Source: Octopus vulgaris (lineage: Eukaryota). Taken from it: DNA of 64,000 bases. The position numbers were made by a program, and so were the translations under genes. Shown one piece after another: positions 42,212-56,330 of this stretch (positions are counted from its first letter, which is position 1; each line of letters begins with the position of its first letter). The notes below the pieces were generated by a model. The model worked only from the letters and a program-made list of their open reading frames with translations, was not told where the DNA came from and did no database searches. The DNA lies in the NCBI GenBank assembly GCA_951406725.2, contig OX597819.1, positions 86,304,001 to 86,368,000 on the forward strand. The letters are read 5' to 3'.

Positions 42212-42298
42212 TGCAGCTCAGGATTGCTCTACATTTTAAATTGATGTAATGATTGCATTGTTCAATTAAATGGAGTTGCATGATACGATCGTACTGCA
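42212..42298 (+). ncRNA. Degenerate type I hammerhead (core CTCAGGA / GATA) upstream of (TA)n
   Basis: TGCAG-CTCAGGA-TTGC...GCAT-GAT-ACGATCGT-A-CTGCA: helices I and III intact, two core substitutions. Confidence 0.55.
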
Positions 42299-42329
42299 TT
42301 ACCTCTGGATATCCTTGTTGCTTATTTTG

Positions 42330-42476
<147 letters not shown>

Positions 42477-43077
42477 GCATATATGCATATCCATTAAGTC
42501 AACGAAAATGGATTCAGGTAAGGCGTGTCTGTGAGGCAAAGAACATTGCTTAACTACTATGCGATTTCGGGTTCAAACCCACAGCATATCATCTAGGACA
42601 AGAATCTTCTACTAAAACCAGATGGGCTAATGCATTATGGGTAGAACTCTAGGAGATGGAAAACCACCAGGGATAGTAACCTTTCCCGTCCTTGAATGGT
42701 AGATCTAATCCGTTGCCCAGTTTAATTCTAGCTCGTGGCAATAGTGATTTTAATGGAGTATTCTCTATTGTATGCGTTCAAATCAAATATTTGGTTTGAT
42801 TACAACTTGTTCCATTACACACACACCCACGCACTCAATGATTTTCGAGTTCTTTTAAGTAACACATTTTAAAACACTTGTCTTTTCTCTTCTCCAGCCA
42901 ACAATAAACTTCTTCGTAAGATAAATAAGATAAATAAAAATAACAAACATTTGATGCTTACCTATACTCATAAAATATTCACGAATTTACTGAAGAACAT
43001 CTAACATGATAATTAAACTGCCTGTCTACAAATAAATTACTATATTATCATAGCTTGAGATTCATAGTTTGAGATTC

Positions 43078-43110
<33 letters not shown>

Positions 43111-43433
43111 CGCGTGTGTGAAGTTAAATAAGTGAAACAAAAGACTAGAGATTCGAGCATAACACTGAGTTTTTTATATGGTGGGAAATGAACGAAACAC
43201 TCGGATCTTCTGTCACTTGTGTAACACTAAAGAGGAATAAAAAAAATTAATATACTCTTACTATTCAGCTCTATTTCACCTGTATGTTCCTTCAAACTTT
43301 TGTTTTCTCTCAGTTTCTCCCACTTTTTCCCTCACTCTCAGCTTTTCTGTCTTGTGAATATGTTTATGTATATATGCATATGAATGTGTGTGTATATATA
43401 TTTATATATATATATATATATATATATAAATCC

Positions 43434-43813
43434 TTAAATCTTTAAAAATGTTTCATCCCGAAAGCTGCGGCCATGCTGGGGCACGACCGTTGAATGAGCT
43501 ACACTAGTATGTGAAACCACCTCTGATACGTGGCACTTGGTCAACAAGGGAGTTCGGCGCCGCTGCTCGCATCTGTGTTTCCTGCTGAGGGGTAGGTTCA
43601 TCTGGAACCCCTGACAAGAAGAGATCCAGTCTAGTTTTAAAGAAACCCAAATCCACACCATGCATGTCTCTCAGGCATTTAGGAAGGATATTGAAGAGCT
43701 GTGGTCCCCTGAAACCCAAGCTGTTGCAGTATCTGGTCCTGTATTTTGATGGTGATGTTGGGATCTTTGGCACCATGCAGTGGCGCACCATTCTGCTGTT
43801 GGGGTAACTTTCA

Positions 43814-43820
<7 letters not shown>
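43434..43820 (-). mobile_element. CR1/L2-group LINE 3' end
   Basis: YCNSLGFRGPQLFNILPKCLRD...FKTRLDLFLSGVPDEP; 3' UTR contains ccccagcatggccgcag. Confidence 0.75.
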
Positions 43821-43868
<48 letters not shown>

Positions 43869-44028
43869 TATGTGAAATAGAAAGATGAATAATCTTGTAG
43901 CAGATTAAACAAAAGTTTAACCGATACCTTGGTAGCAAAAATCACAGCAGAAGACAGCACGGTTGGAGGTACAACCATATGGTGTTGCAACCGTGCGTTG
44001 GTGCGGATAATTGAATTTAAATATTATT

Positions 44029-44478
<450 letters not shown>

Positions 44479-44629
44479 GTGTGTGTGTGTGTGTGTGTGT
44501 GTGCAAACGGACACACGCATATTCATAAATAAATATATATGCTTTTTTATTTTTATGTTTATGTGTCTCTAAGACGCCATGGCGGGATGAAGATTGATGC
44601 AAACCAGGTATGTGCATGTGTGTGTGTGT

Positions 44630-44845
44630 GTGTGTGTCTGTGTTTGTCCTCCCACCACCGCTTAACAATTAGTGGTGGTGTGTTTGCGTCCCTGTAACTT
44701 AGCGATTCAGCTAAAGAGACAGCCAGAATAAGTGTGAGGCTTTAAAAGAACGTAAGCGCTGGGGTTAGTTCATTCGACAAAAACGTCAAAGCTGTGCACC
44801 AGCATGACCGCTGTCTAATGGCTGAAACAAGTAAAAGAATAAAGT
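44630..44845 (+). mobile_element. SINE 3' half
   Basis: Shared SINE tail. Confidence 0.7.
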
Positions 44846-44945
44846 AAAAACATATACAGCACCTATATACACATCACTTCAGCAATGTAACTACACACGT
44901 ACTGTTGGTGATTTTTTTTCCTTCCTTGGATTTTCCTCTTTCTAC

Positions 44946-44980
44946 TTTCCGACGAAGAGCTATGCTCGAAACGTCAAAAA
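44946..44980 (+). ncRNA. Minimal PLE-type hammerhead motif (CCGACGAA-GAGC-TAT-GCTC-GAAACGTC)
   Basis: Same architecture as 33010 and 58774; U4-to-C substitution. Confidence 0.5.
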
Positions 44981-45247
44981 CTCTCTCTTTGCATTGAGCG
45001 TCAAATTAATACATTCTTTGTTGTATGTTATTGTTATTTTCAACGTCGTTTATTCGATTTGATTATATTTATATATGTTTGTATGGATGTATATGTTAAT
45101 TTTTGTTTTCATGTCAAGTTATATATAGAAGCAATTTAACATTAAACAGAAGAACAATGCATTACCTTTTAGTGGAATACTAGACTTTTACAAGAAGAGT
45201 AGTGACAGAGAATTTGAAGTTTCGGCCTGCTAGCCTTCCTCTTCGTC

Positions 45248-45320
<73 letters not shown>

Positions 45321-45330
<10 letters not shown>

Positions 45331-45563
45331 GGATTACCACTATGTGGACACACTAATGGTAGAAATAGATCCGCTATGGTCTTACTACTAAGAAATGTTC
45401 TCTAGAAAATTTAACACACACCAGAAACCTAAGCGAGCAAGACAAATGAAAAGTAACAAAAATATATATTAATCATAAACAATATTTCACTATTAGTGGT
45501 AAGACCGTAGCGGATCTACTTCTAGCATTAGGGTGTCCACTTAGTGGGAATCCCTCTCATATG
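45321..45563. repeat. Foldback element (~70-bp arms) next to (TA)n, related to the 60330-60600 element
   Basis: atatgagagggattaccactatgtggacac...gatccgctatggtcttac is mirrored at 45493-45563; spacer shares agcaagacaaatgaaaa with ~60455. Confidence 0.8.
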
Positions 45564-45673
45564 TATGTAATACTATTTACTGAACCTCAGTTTTTTAATA
45601 TGCTAGACCATTGGTGTTAAATTGATGTTATCAAATTAATATCCAATTTTTTCACCCTCATTTTAATTTTAAA

Positions 45674-45736
<63 letters not shown>

Positions 45737-47494
45737 CCGGAGTAAACACATAAATGTGAAACAAGGTGGAAAAAAGAGTACTCAAATACCACATACGCAA
45801 CAATAACACACACACAACAAACACACACACACGCACACAACAAACACACACAAACACACACATACACAACAATAACACACACACACAACAAACACACACA
45901 CGCACACACAAACACAACAATAACACACACACACAACAAACACACACACGCACACACATACACAACAAAAACACACACACACACAGGTAATCGTTCCGTA
46001 AGTCAGGGATGACATTGAAATAAACATGCGAGAAGCCTTTGAAGACAGAAAACAGAAGACAGTGATAAGGATGAATATACGGCAGTAATTAATTGAGCTC
46101 AAAACAGAGAATACGACTGGTTAAAATTCGAAGAATTAAACTACGTAAAAGTTACAAAATACATTTTTCTCAAAAAAACTAATTGAAATTAATGTTTTCT
46201 TTTGACACATTCTACCAGTATACGAAGTTTCAAATTATTTAGTTAAGTAGAAAATTCTGTCCCTCTTTTAGAAAAGATCCCATTTTTGTTTTATTTAATA
46301 TGGCTATAAAAGTTGAATTTGCTTTTATGTATTTATAAACAAGTGTAATTTATAGAAATTTAAACAAGAATAAACACGTCAAATTAATTTTATTTATGAC
46401 TGAAATTTTCGTTTCTTATAACTGTCTGTATATGTGTACGTGTGTTATCTTTGAAGCAAAATAGTCTCTGGATTAGCGTAAACAATATTTGTAGTACTTA
46501 CTTATGACTATGTTTTAATTTCAATTCAATTTAATGAAATGTAACTTTATACAAAGTGATGTCGTCATTTGCCAATGTCAGATGTCTTCAGCTCTGTAGT
46601 TAATAAGGATTTCTATTCAAGGGTCAGTGTTTGTCTTTCGTGTTCGTTGTTTCTTTTGGCTTTGTTGTTATTGTTGGTCAGTTGTCAATAAAGTTGCTGA
46701 AACAGAACTTATGATAAAATCTAGAATCCCAAGAGGCAAGTGATAGTTCAAAGGAGAGTTCGTATTAGAATCAGATATGTTCAATTGTCGTGAAGAGTAA
46801 AAACTTTAATATTTCGCGTTCTTGGTTTTCTGTGGCAAGTGAATGTGAGAGGTTAAGAGAGAGAGGGAGGAGTGAGAACGAGAGAGAGAGAGAGAGAAGG
46901 CGAAGGAGCAAGAGCGAAAGAGATAGAGAAGAGAAAGACAGAGAGAGAGGGTGGGGTTATTGTCTCTCTGGCTGCAAGCTAGAAAATATTTAATGGAATG
47001 TAGTGAAAGTAGAAGGAATGATGTGAGGAGTAGAAGAGAGGAGATCGGAAAGAAGTGGTGTGGAGTAAGGGGAGAAGTGAACGAAGAGAGAGGAAGCAAA
47101 TACTGGATGAAACGTGTTGGAGAGATTCTTAGCTTTCAGCAAAGTCATTGTGGAGGTTAAGTGAAAAGAAAGAGGACTAAAGGTTGGCAGAGAATGTAGG
47201 AAGCGAGGAGCAAAGTTGCATCTAGAAATTAAATCGACAGAAGAATTGTCAAATTTATTTAGTAGCAGAGGCGATATATAGAAAGGTAACGTTTTTGATT
47301 GGCACACACATATATATTGTAGTACATTAACCATGAAACAAATGTGTGGGGGAAAATGTATTGATACTTATTTCATCGACCCAGAGTTTGAACCTAGAAC
47401 GTACAGACAGGCGAAATGCCCCTCCAATGAGTTTGAAATGACACTAAACCAGTGCAGTTATTGATATATACAGCAGTACTTTCCCCCACACCTC

Positions 47495-47716
47495 GCTAAA
47501 ATATTGATTTCAAATTCTGGCACAAGGCCAGAAATTTTGGAGTGGGGTAAGTCGATTACATAGACCCCATGCCTCCAACTAGTACTTATTTTATTGACTC
47601 CGAAAACATGAAAGGCAAAGTCAACTTCGGTGGAGTTTGAACTCAAAACGTAAGGTAGGACGAAATGCTGCGAAGCATTTTGCCCCGCGTGCTAACGATT
47701 CTGCCAGTTCGCCGCC
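47495..47716 (-). mobile_element. SINE (GGCGGCGAGCTGGCAGAA family)
   Basis: Similarity to other copies. Confidence 0.8.
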
Positions 47717-48047
47717 CTGATAGCATTGCAAAACACAAGTAATTTTACTCAGAGAATGAAGTAACGGACTACGATAGAGTAACAGATCCAATATTTTACA
47801 TTTACGGTCATTTTATTCAATTCATTTGTCTCAAGATATTGGAATTCATTGATTAGATCTAATGATTGATTACATTTAAAAGATATATTTGTATACATTC
47901 ACATATAAGGTAAAGAGGAGTAAATTTTGGAACACTGGTTTCTTTCAGTCGAGTTGCACATTTTGTTGAGCAGGAACAATCACACTAAATCACAGATTTC
48001 AGTTTACCAAAAATTACCCATATTGCGATTAAACTTGTCCATGTAAA

Positions 48048-48628
48048 TATTGATTTTAAATTTTGGCACAATGCCAGTAATTTCGAGGGAGTGGTTAAGT
48101 CGATTACATCGCGCCCAGTGCTTAACCCCGAAGGGATGAAAGGTAAAAGTCGACCTTGGCGAAATTTGAAGACAGAACAGAAAGAAGAGGGAAATGTCAG
48201 TAAGCATATTGTCCAGCGTACTAAAGATTCTTTTCTACTCTAGGTAGAAGGCCCGAAATTTTGTGGGAGGGTGACCAGTCAATTAGATCGACCCCAGTAC
48301 ACAACCGGTACTTAATTTATCGACCCCGAAAGGATGAAAGGCAAAGTCGACCTCGGCGGAATTTGAACTCAAAACATAAAGACAGACGAAATACCTATTT
48401 CTTTACTACCCAAAAGGGGCGAAACACAGAGGGGACAGACAAGGACAGACAAACGGATTAAGTCGATTATATCGACCCCAGTGCGTAACTGGTACTTATT
48501 TAATCGACCCCGAAAGGATGAAAGGCAAAGTTGAACTCGGTGGAATTTGAACTCAGAACGTAACGGCAGACGAAATACGGCTACGCATTTCGCCCGGCGT
48601 GCTAGCGTTTCTGCCAGCTCGCCGCCTT
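48048..48628 (-). mobile_element. SINE cluster including a dimeric copy at 48240-48628
   Basis: Similarity to other copies. Confidence 0.8.
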
Positions 48629-49031
48629 TGCCCGTGCACATATTGTTAAGGAGAAGCAAACGTAGTAACGCATATTTCAACTATGTGAAATTTACCCGTA
48701 GTGATATCGAAATCGCTCCTGACATCTGTCTTAGCCGTGCGAGTGTCCTTGTTAAAGGAGACGAATCTCTTGGCATGTTTAATACTGTACGGCTCGCTTT
48801 GTGTGATATTTTTGTATGACTATGCATGCACATAAAGCAAATTGAGGACCACTTCGTGGTCTCTTGATCTGCTAAAAATTGCAACGAAATTACTTTCAAA
48901 TGACATCATATTGTCTAAAAAGATTATCTATGTACACCTAGGAGTGTATAATCCGAAGTATACACGCATCATCACGATCAAAGCTGACTATAGAGTTAAT
49001 CAAATTCAATAAAAAGAAGTCAAACACATAT

Positions 49032-49067
<36 letters not shown>

Positions 49068-49127
49068 ATGCTAACACACACACACACCTATGCAGTTTTG
49101 CATATAATTATGTATATATACATAAAT

Positions 49128-49188
<61 letters not shown>

Positions 49189-50439
49189 CCTGTGCTAACT
49201 AATGCCTGGCGAGTGTATTTGGTAGATAGAAACTGTGTGATAGCCCACCGTACATATTTGTGTGTGTATATGTGTGTAGATTTATGTGTATAGCTCTGTG
49301 TGTGTGTGTGTGCTCCTTTTTTGTATGTGCTTGTCAGCATTTGTCCTCCAACTCTCGATAAACGATGTCAATTCGTTTACGGCCCTATAACTTAGCTTTA
49401 CCCCAAAAGAGACCGATAGACTGAATTGATTCATTTGAGTAGTCGGTGCCTCAGCAAAGCCGTACTCCAATGACAAAAACAAGTAAAAGGGTGAAAAAAA
49501 ACCACACACACACATTTTATATATATATCACTTACTTGCAAACTGCATCTGTTATTGTCAAATGTCTATTTAAGTTGTTCCAAATAATAGCGTGAAAATA
49601 AGAGAAATCCGTGAGAAGTTGAATTATAACTATGGTGTTTTCAATTTAGTTTTATAACTGAATACGTAGGATGAGCTAGAGAGATATAGGGGTGGTAGGA
49701 AGGTAAAAGCAAACGGTGTTGTTGTATATAACATGCTAATTCACACACACTTTTTCTTGTCTCTTACAAATACAGTAGAATGTTTTTGTGACGTTTCTTG
49801 CCTGTATGATATCTTCTGCGTAGATCATTCTAACGAGATATTAAACTGTTATCCTACTTATTCTTATCAGTATTGACTTGAAATTCAATCTATGATATTA
49901 AGATGACATACTAAAGAACTTTCTTTGTTTAGCCACCGAAATATGACAGTAAGATCAACTGCAAGAGCAGAAAAATGATAAGATACTCAAATGGCAAGAC
50001 ATTCTCTGGTTCACAGGTTCGTGCTAATACACACACACACATACACACACACACATACACACACACACATACACACACACACATACACACACACACATAC
50101 ACACACACATACACACACACGAATAAGGACCAACCACATGCACACAGACACACATATACACATGCACAAATACACACAAAATCCAACGGTAGTTTGCCAA
50201 TTCACACACATTCTATTTTGTTTCTCTCTCACACACACCCACACCCCTATACACATACACACTATACACTCACACACACAATTATACACATACACAAATA
50301 AGGACTAACTATAATCAAATACATGCGCATATACACACAAAAGTCCAACGGAAATCCACACACGCTCTCTCTCTTTCATTCTCACACACAAACACACACG
50401 CCCACACACCCTAGCTCACTCACTCTCTCTCTCCCACTC

Positions 50440-51565
50440 ACATTGAATTATTACATGGAAAAATGCGAGCAAAAGAAAAAATATTCTTAAAATCATAAAT
50501 CTTGAAAAATTCACAACAGGTTACTACACTGTTAAAGTACAAAACAAGAAAATTTTTACTTGAAATATTGCAGCCAAGGATAAAATTTCGAATAAAATAT
50601 TTAGATTTAGAAAATATTAGCTTTTATTAAAACTAAAAATTTTATTACAAGTTATTACTTCTAATTGTTATTACTTGTTACTTCTATTAAAAATGATTTT
50701 TTTTTTTGTTTGTTCCTTCTCGAGCCATTCCTGACTCATAGGGCCGGTTTCCCGGTTTCCTTGGCGTATAGGTTTTCCACCTGGACGGGACGCCGGTCTG
50801 TCGCAGGTGAGCTGCAAGAGTGAGAGAAAGTTGTGGCAAAAGAGTCAGCAGAAGTTCGCCATTACCTTCTGCCAGAGCCGCGTGGAACTTAGGTGTTTCG
50901 CTCATAAATATACACATCGCCCGGTTTGAGATTCGAACCCGCGATCCCTCAACTGCAAGTCCGCTGCTCTAACCACTAGGCCATGTGCTTCCACTTAAAA
51001 AAAAATTATAAATAACTCAATATTCTTTACACATTAAAAAATTCCTTTTTTTAATCATTAATCAATAATTAGAAATTTGAAAATAGATTATAAACAATAA
51101 TAGTAGTACATCATTAGTTAGTACAATAAATAGAATAATACAAAAAATTAGTTATATATTACAGTAAAATTTACCTATAACAACGAATTCACAGTAAAAT
51201 TTGCTTTAGTTATTGCTTGTTATTGCCAATTTATCACAATGCCTATTTTTTACATAATGAATTTGTCTACCATATATATTGTTCTACTTTGCATAAAACT
51301 TTAGCTATATTGGTACTTCTGGCTCTCATTTTTTAAGTATGTAGTGTGTCAATATTTTAACAAAATGATGGTACCTTTTTTAATTAGAATGTTACTTTGT
51401 GAATTCAAATCAAATAATTTTTAATATTCAATTTTTATCCTTAGCTGCAATATTCTAAGTAAAACTTTTCTTGTTCTGATGTAATGACTTGTCCTGTACT
51501 TTTCCAGATATATAATCTTAAGAATATTATTTCTCTTGCTCGCATTTTTCCATCTAATCAATGTT
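50440..51565. mobile_element. AT-rich element with ~150-bp imperfect terminal inverted repeats (MITE/foldback), interrupted by a SINE
   Basis: atggaaaaatgcgagcaaaagaaaaaatattcttaa...tgcagccaaggataaaa is mirrored at 51430-51565. Confidence 0.6.
50700..50994 (-). mobile_element. tRNA-derived SINE
   Basis: Minus head gtggaagcacatggcctagtggttagagcagcggac...gggttcgaatc (A and B boxes). Confidence 0.8.
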
Positions 51566-52588
51566 TTTTCCAGGTTATGCTATAGTGCTAATTAATAATG
51601 TGTCAAATGTGTCAATCAGCGGTGTCGTTGTTAATTTTTTTCCTTACCTTAATGATGCTGGTGACATATATTAAAAGTTTCCTAGAACCATATTCATAAA
51701 AAAAAGTATAGAACTATATTATCACCCACAAATTCGAGGTTCAAAACCCCATAACTTTTTGCATGAGATTGATACCATGAAATTCCTCGAATTGAGCTCT
51801 ATCATTTAAGCTTAATTAAAATATAGTTTGTTTTTAAAATAAGATGGTTAATTATACTTAAATCCAATTTTTTGCCCTACTTGTATTTTTTCCATGATAT
51901 TTTACCTCACAACTTTTTGGATACAAATTCTTCACACTTTCTTCTATTATTGAAGCTAAGATAAATATATTTTGCTTTTAAAATAAAAAAAAGCTATTTC
52001 AATCTAAACTTGATTGGAGGCGTTACTTACTCTCCTATAACGTCGCTACAAATTTTGATGTAAACTTTTATCTACGGGACCAAATCTCAATTTTGTTATG
52101 CCAAAATGTAGGTAGGACCAGTACTCTTCAGAAATTGTTAGCGGTTTTCCATTTGGTTAAGAACTGAATTACTAACAGGCTCTGAAAATGCGGCGTGTGT
52201 GTAAATTACGGTCTTAAGAATATTATTCAACTACTACCGTTGTTGAATAATATTCAACTACTACCATTGTTGAATGATATATTCGAGATTCATCGATTTC
52301 CTTTCAAATTTGGCTTTGTCTTATCTCTACTTCAATATTTTAAAATTATTTATTGAAGTTTGCACCGTGTCAAGTTTTGCCGCGAGACGTGCATATTCAT
52401 TGTGTGTGTGTGTGTGTGTGTGTGTGTGCAACTGTGTACATAGGTGAAATAAACTTATATGCTTACAGACAAAAGAAAAGAGCGAAAAATACATGGTGCC
52501 AAGTTTATTGTTATTGGAAGTCGGCAGATACTTCACTCTACTGTTACTGTTTCACGCGTTCGGTATATACATACACACACACATATAT

Positions 52589-52634
<46 letters not shown>

Positions 52635-52648
52635 GCATATATATGTAC

Positions 52649-52689
<41 letters not shown>

Positions 52690-52694
<5 letters not shown>

Positions 52695-52958
52695 ATCACG
52701 TGACCGACCGACCATTCGCATTGTTTTACCCTTCGAATGACGCCACCCCGCTGGCTAAGCGAGCAGGCCAACAGAAGAAAGAGTGGAAGAAGGAGTGGTG
52801 AAAGAGTACAGCAGGGATCACCACCCCCTGCCGGAGCTTCGTGGAGCTTTTAGGTGTTTTCGCTCAATAAACACTCACAACGCCCGGTCTGGGAATCGAA
52901 ACTGCGATCCTGCGACCGCGAGTCCACTGCCTTAACCACTAGGCCATTGCGCCTCCAC
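52690..52958 (-). mobile_element. tRNA-derived SINE
   Basis: Minus head gtggaggcgcaatggcctagtggttaagg...gtttcgattccc. Confidence 0.8.
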
Positions 52959-52971
52959 ATAGTATACATAT

Positions 52972-53108
52972 ATAGTTGAAATTTACAGAAAAACGAAATA
53001 CGAAGACATGTGTATAAGCAACTAACAGGTGTATTTGTTTAACCCTCGGGAAGGTGAGAAAGTATTTTACGTTTCGGATCTACGCTCTTCAACAGAAAGG
53101 AGCATGAG
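52972..53108 (-). mobile_element. PLE-type terminal fragment with degenerate minimal hammerhead
   Basis: Minus TTT-CTGTTGAA-GAGCGTAGATCC-GAAACGTA-AAA; bounded by TA-rich repeats. Confidence 0.5.
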
Positions 53109-53205
53109 ATATATACACATATACACGCACGCACATATATATATATATATGCACATATATATTCATGTATACATGTATACACATACATATGCATAATTAC
53201 ATATA

Positions 53206-53249
<44 letters not shown>

Positions 53250-53252
<3 letters not shown>

Positions 53253-54325
53253 ATTAAAATAAGGATTCAGATAAAATTATATACTTGAAAAGATATGCAC
53301 CAGGTGCCGTTGGAAAAACCTGTGCTCTTGGCCTATGGTTGGTAAGTATCAAATAGGATATTCCGGTCGTGTACATAGAGAAAACCAACCTAGTGAGCAT
53401 TTAGCACCGAGGGCTGATCCAAAGCACGCGTTACGTGATTTGTACGTTTTTGTGTCCGAGAAGTTGTAAAATCTCTCTGGTGTATTATAATCAAATGAAA
53501 AATAACAGTCGATGGATAAATGACACCTCCTTACAGCTGTTTCTTTCGCATTTTTTAATAGAAGAATGAGAACATAAGTCCATTACAAAAAACCGTAATC
53601 ATCAGGTGAAACGTAATTTTACAAACAAAAGAATATCCCAAGAATACATCAGGAACGTGACTGAATTCGAACTATAATTTTCATAGTTGGCCTCGGCAGA
53701 CTTCAGCTACGTCCCTGATGTATTCTTGGGATATTCTTTTGTTTGTAAAATTACGTTTCACCTGATGATTACAGTGTTTTACAATTGAGTAATGTATTCA
53801 TTCTTCTATTTAAAAATGCGTAAGAAACGCAGGAGTGGCTTGTAGGCTTGTAGGCGTAGGAGTGGCTGTGTGGTAAGTAGCTTGCTTACCAACCACATGG
53901 TTCCGGGTCCAGTCCCATTGCGTGGCACCTTGGGCAAGTGTCTTCTACTATAGCCTCGGGCTAACCAAAGCCTTGTGAGTGGATTTGGTGGACGGAAACT
54001 GAAAGAAGCCCGTCGTATATATGTATATGTATATATATGTGTGTCTGTGTTTGTCCCCCCCAAAAAAAAAAACATCGCTTGACAAACGATGCTGGTGTGT
54101 TTACGTCCCCGTAACTTAGCGGTTCGGCAAAAGGGACCGATAGAATAAGTATTAGGCTTACAACGAATAAGTCCTGGGGTCGATTTGCTCGATCAAAGGC
54201 GGTGCTCCAGCATGGCCGTAGTCAAATGGCTGAAACAAGTAAAAGAGTAAAAGAGTAAACAGTTATAATGAACTGAATTTTATCCATCGTCTGTTATTAT
54301 TCATTTAATTATATATATATATATA
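53250..54325. mobile_element. TA-flanked foldback element with degenerate hammerhead, interrupted by a SINE
   Basis: 53485-53660 is mirrored at 53710-53830 plus 54258-54312; the minus arm has CTGATGA...GAAACAGCTGTA. Confidence 0.65.
53850..54257 (+). mobile_element. Full-length young tRNA-derived SINE
   Basis: ggcgtaggagtggctgtgtgg head through ...ctgaaacaagtaaaagagtaaaagag tail. Confidence 0.88.
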
Positions 54326-54699
54326 TTTCCCACACACACACAGACACACATATATGTTATATTGGTGAAGTCTGTTCCTTGCCTGACGATTGTCTGCACC
54401 CAGAGACGAAATTCATAGCAAGAGACTGACGCAACCAAAATAAAATATACTTCCAATTTCTTTAAATCCTTTTTTTTCCGACAGTCAACACTAAAAGGAT
54501 ATGTATAAAAGTTAAAGTTTGCTTTGAGCATACTGGTTCATTTAGACTAAAGCTTGCTCTTCTTTCCATGAGGTGTAACACATTGAAGCTTCTCCTTCAA
54601 CGTGATGTCACAGGATTAAATTCCCATCTGTTGCTGTTACTCATTTTAACTGAATGAACCGAAGTAAAATAGTGAAGTACCGGCTTTAAAAAATACGAA

Positions 54700-55430
54700 C
54701 AATCTAAACTAAAGAAAACAGAATTTGAATGCAGTCGTGTATTTAATCAAAACAGAAAGGTTGTTTCCCCATATATACAAACATCATAAAATTAGACGAT
54801 GTAATAACACAAAAAGGAAAATTGTTCGCCGGAATTCCGGAAGGAATTGATGGAGCGACAAATACGTGCAGCAACTGTGTAGAATATCAACGCTGAAATT
54901 ATGCAGTTTGAGAAACTGATAAACAAAATGTGATAAAATTATATTAAACGATAGAAAAATAAACCTCGGTAAAATACAAAATACTCTCCCTCGGCGCGTT
55001 AGACAGAACAGCATAAAAAGCTAAACAAACTATAGAAAGTTAAAATAACTCTACTCACACCGGAAGATAAAGTCATCAACTTATCAAGACACACACTCAA
55101 CACTATTACGCTCCTCGACTTAGGTACCAACTTTCAACTAGAAACTAGATAAAAATCAAAAGAAGTAAGTTGAAGCCAATCTACCATTTCGAAAGTTCAA
55201 AAACCTGCAGGTTAAAGCATCCTTGTCAACAGACTTGATGCGCTACTTCGCGGTGAAATCTATCAAAAACAAAGTACCACAAAATAATAAATAACTATTA
55301 CGTAAACAACTTTGAAAATAACTACACCATTTAAAAGATAACGGGCATATAAAATGTCTGTTGGAATGACAAAAGTAATATGCAATCACAGATACACAAG
55401 AATGTACATAGACTACATATTATAAAAATA
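54700..55430 (+). pseudogene. Decayed Penelope-like element, N-terminal region
   Basis: 55069-55140 reads KVINLSRHTLNTITLLDLGTNFQL, matching the PLE pre-RT motif VINLS...L...LL..G.NF. Confidence 0.55.
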
Positions 55431-55500
<70 letters not shown>

Positions 55501-55577
55501 GGAGATTCACAAAAAAGAGGAAGACAGATGGTGTAGACAACAAACAGATGTGTGCGTGCGTGTGTGTGTGTGTGTGT

Positions 55578-55655
55578 GTGGAGGCGCAATGGCCCAGTGG
55601 TTAGGGCAGCGGACACGCGGTCGGAGGATCGCGGTTTCGATTCCCAGACCGGGCA
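55578..55655 (+). mobile_element. SINE tRNA-like head
   Basis: tggcccagtggttagg (A box), ggtttcgattccc (B box). Confidence 0.75.
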
Positions 55656-55905
55656 TCCATATATATACATACATATATACATATATATATATATACATAT
55701 ATACATACATATTTATATATATACGTACGTAAATATACATATATAAATATATATATATATACATATATATATATACATATAAATATATGTATGGATATAT
55801 ATACATATATAAATATATATACATACATATATACATATATATAAATATATATGATATATATATATATATACTTGTATATACATATATATGTACATGTATA
55901 TACAT

Positions 55906-55950
<45 letters not shown>

Positions 55951-56330
55951 TACGAGAAATGGAAGCCAAAATAATAAATTGAACATTTAAATAATCTAAT
56001 CATTAAATGATAAATTAATTTAATTTAATTATATCATACAAACAAATGACACATCTCATAAATTACACCTGTTTCCACTTTTTTAATTAAACTATGTTTT
56101 TCCAGAATAATAAAATCCCGTTTAAATGTAATCAGTTTTCATCAGATCGACGTATCGTGTTTAATATTTTACGAAAAATAGTAATTGTAAATTAAGCCAA
56201 CTCGACACAGTCAACGAAACATCAATTTAAATACAAACATACAATAAAAACAAAGTAGTACAAATACAAACGAATATCCCGAATCCGAACAACGAGCCTC
56301 AACAACAAATTAAACAAGATATATACGCTA

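Noticed and set aside
43950-44000. Hairpin gcacggttg...caaccgtgc preceded by CAGAAGA
   Set aside because: No GAAA or helix III follows, so it is not a supportable ribozyme.
45212-45250. Minus-strand GAGGAAGGC...GCCGAAACTTC hammerhead-like string
   Set aside because: Core incomplete and helix I absent.
55578-55655. tRNA gene
   Set aside because: Has A and B boxes, but matches SINE heads at 52958 and 50994 and lacks a convincing cloverleaf.
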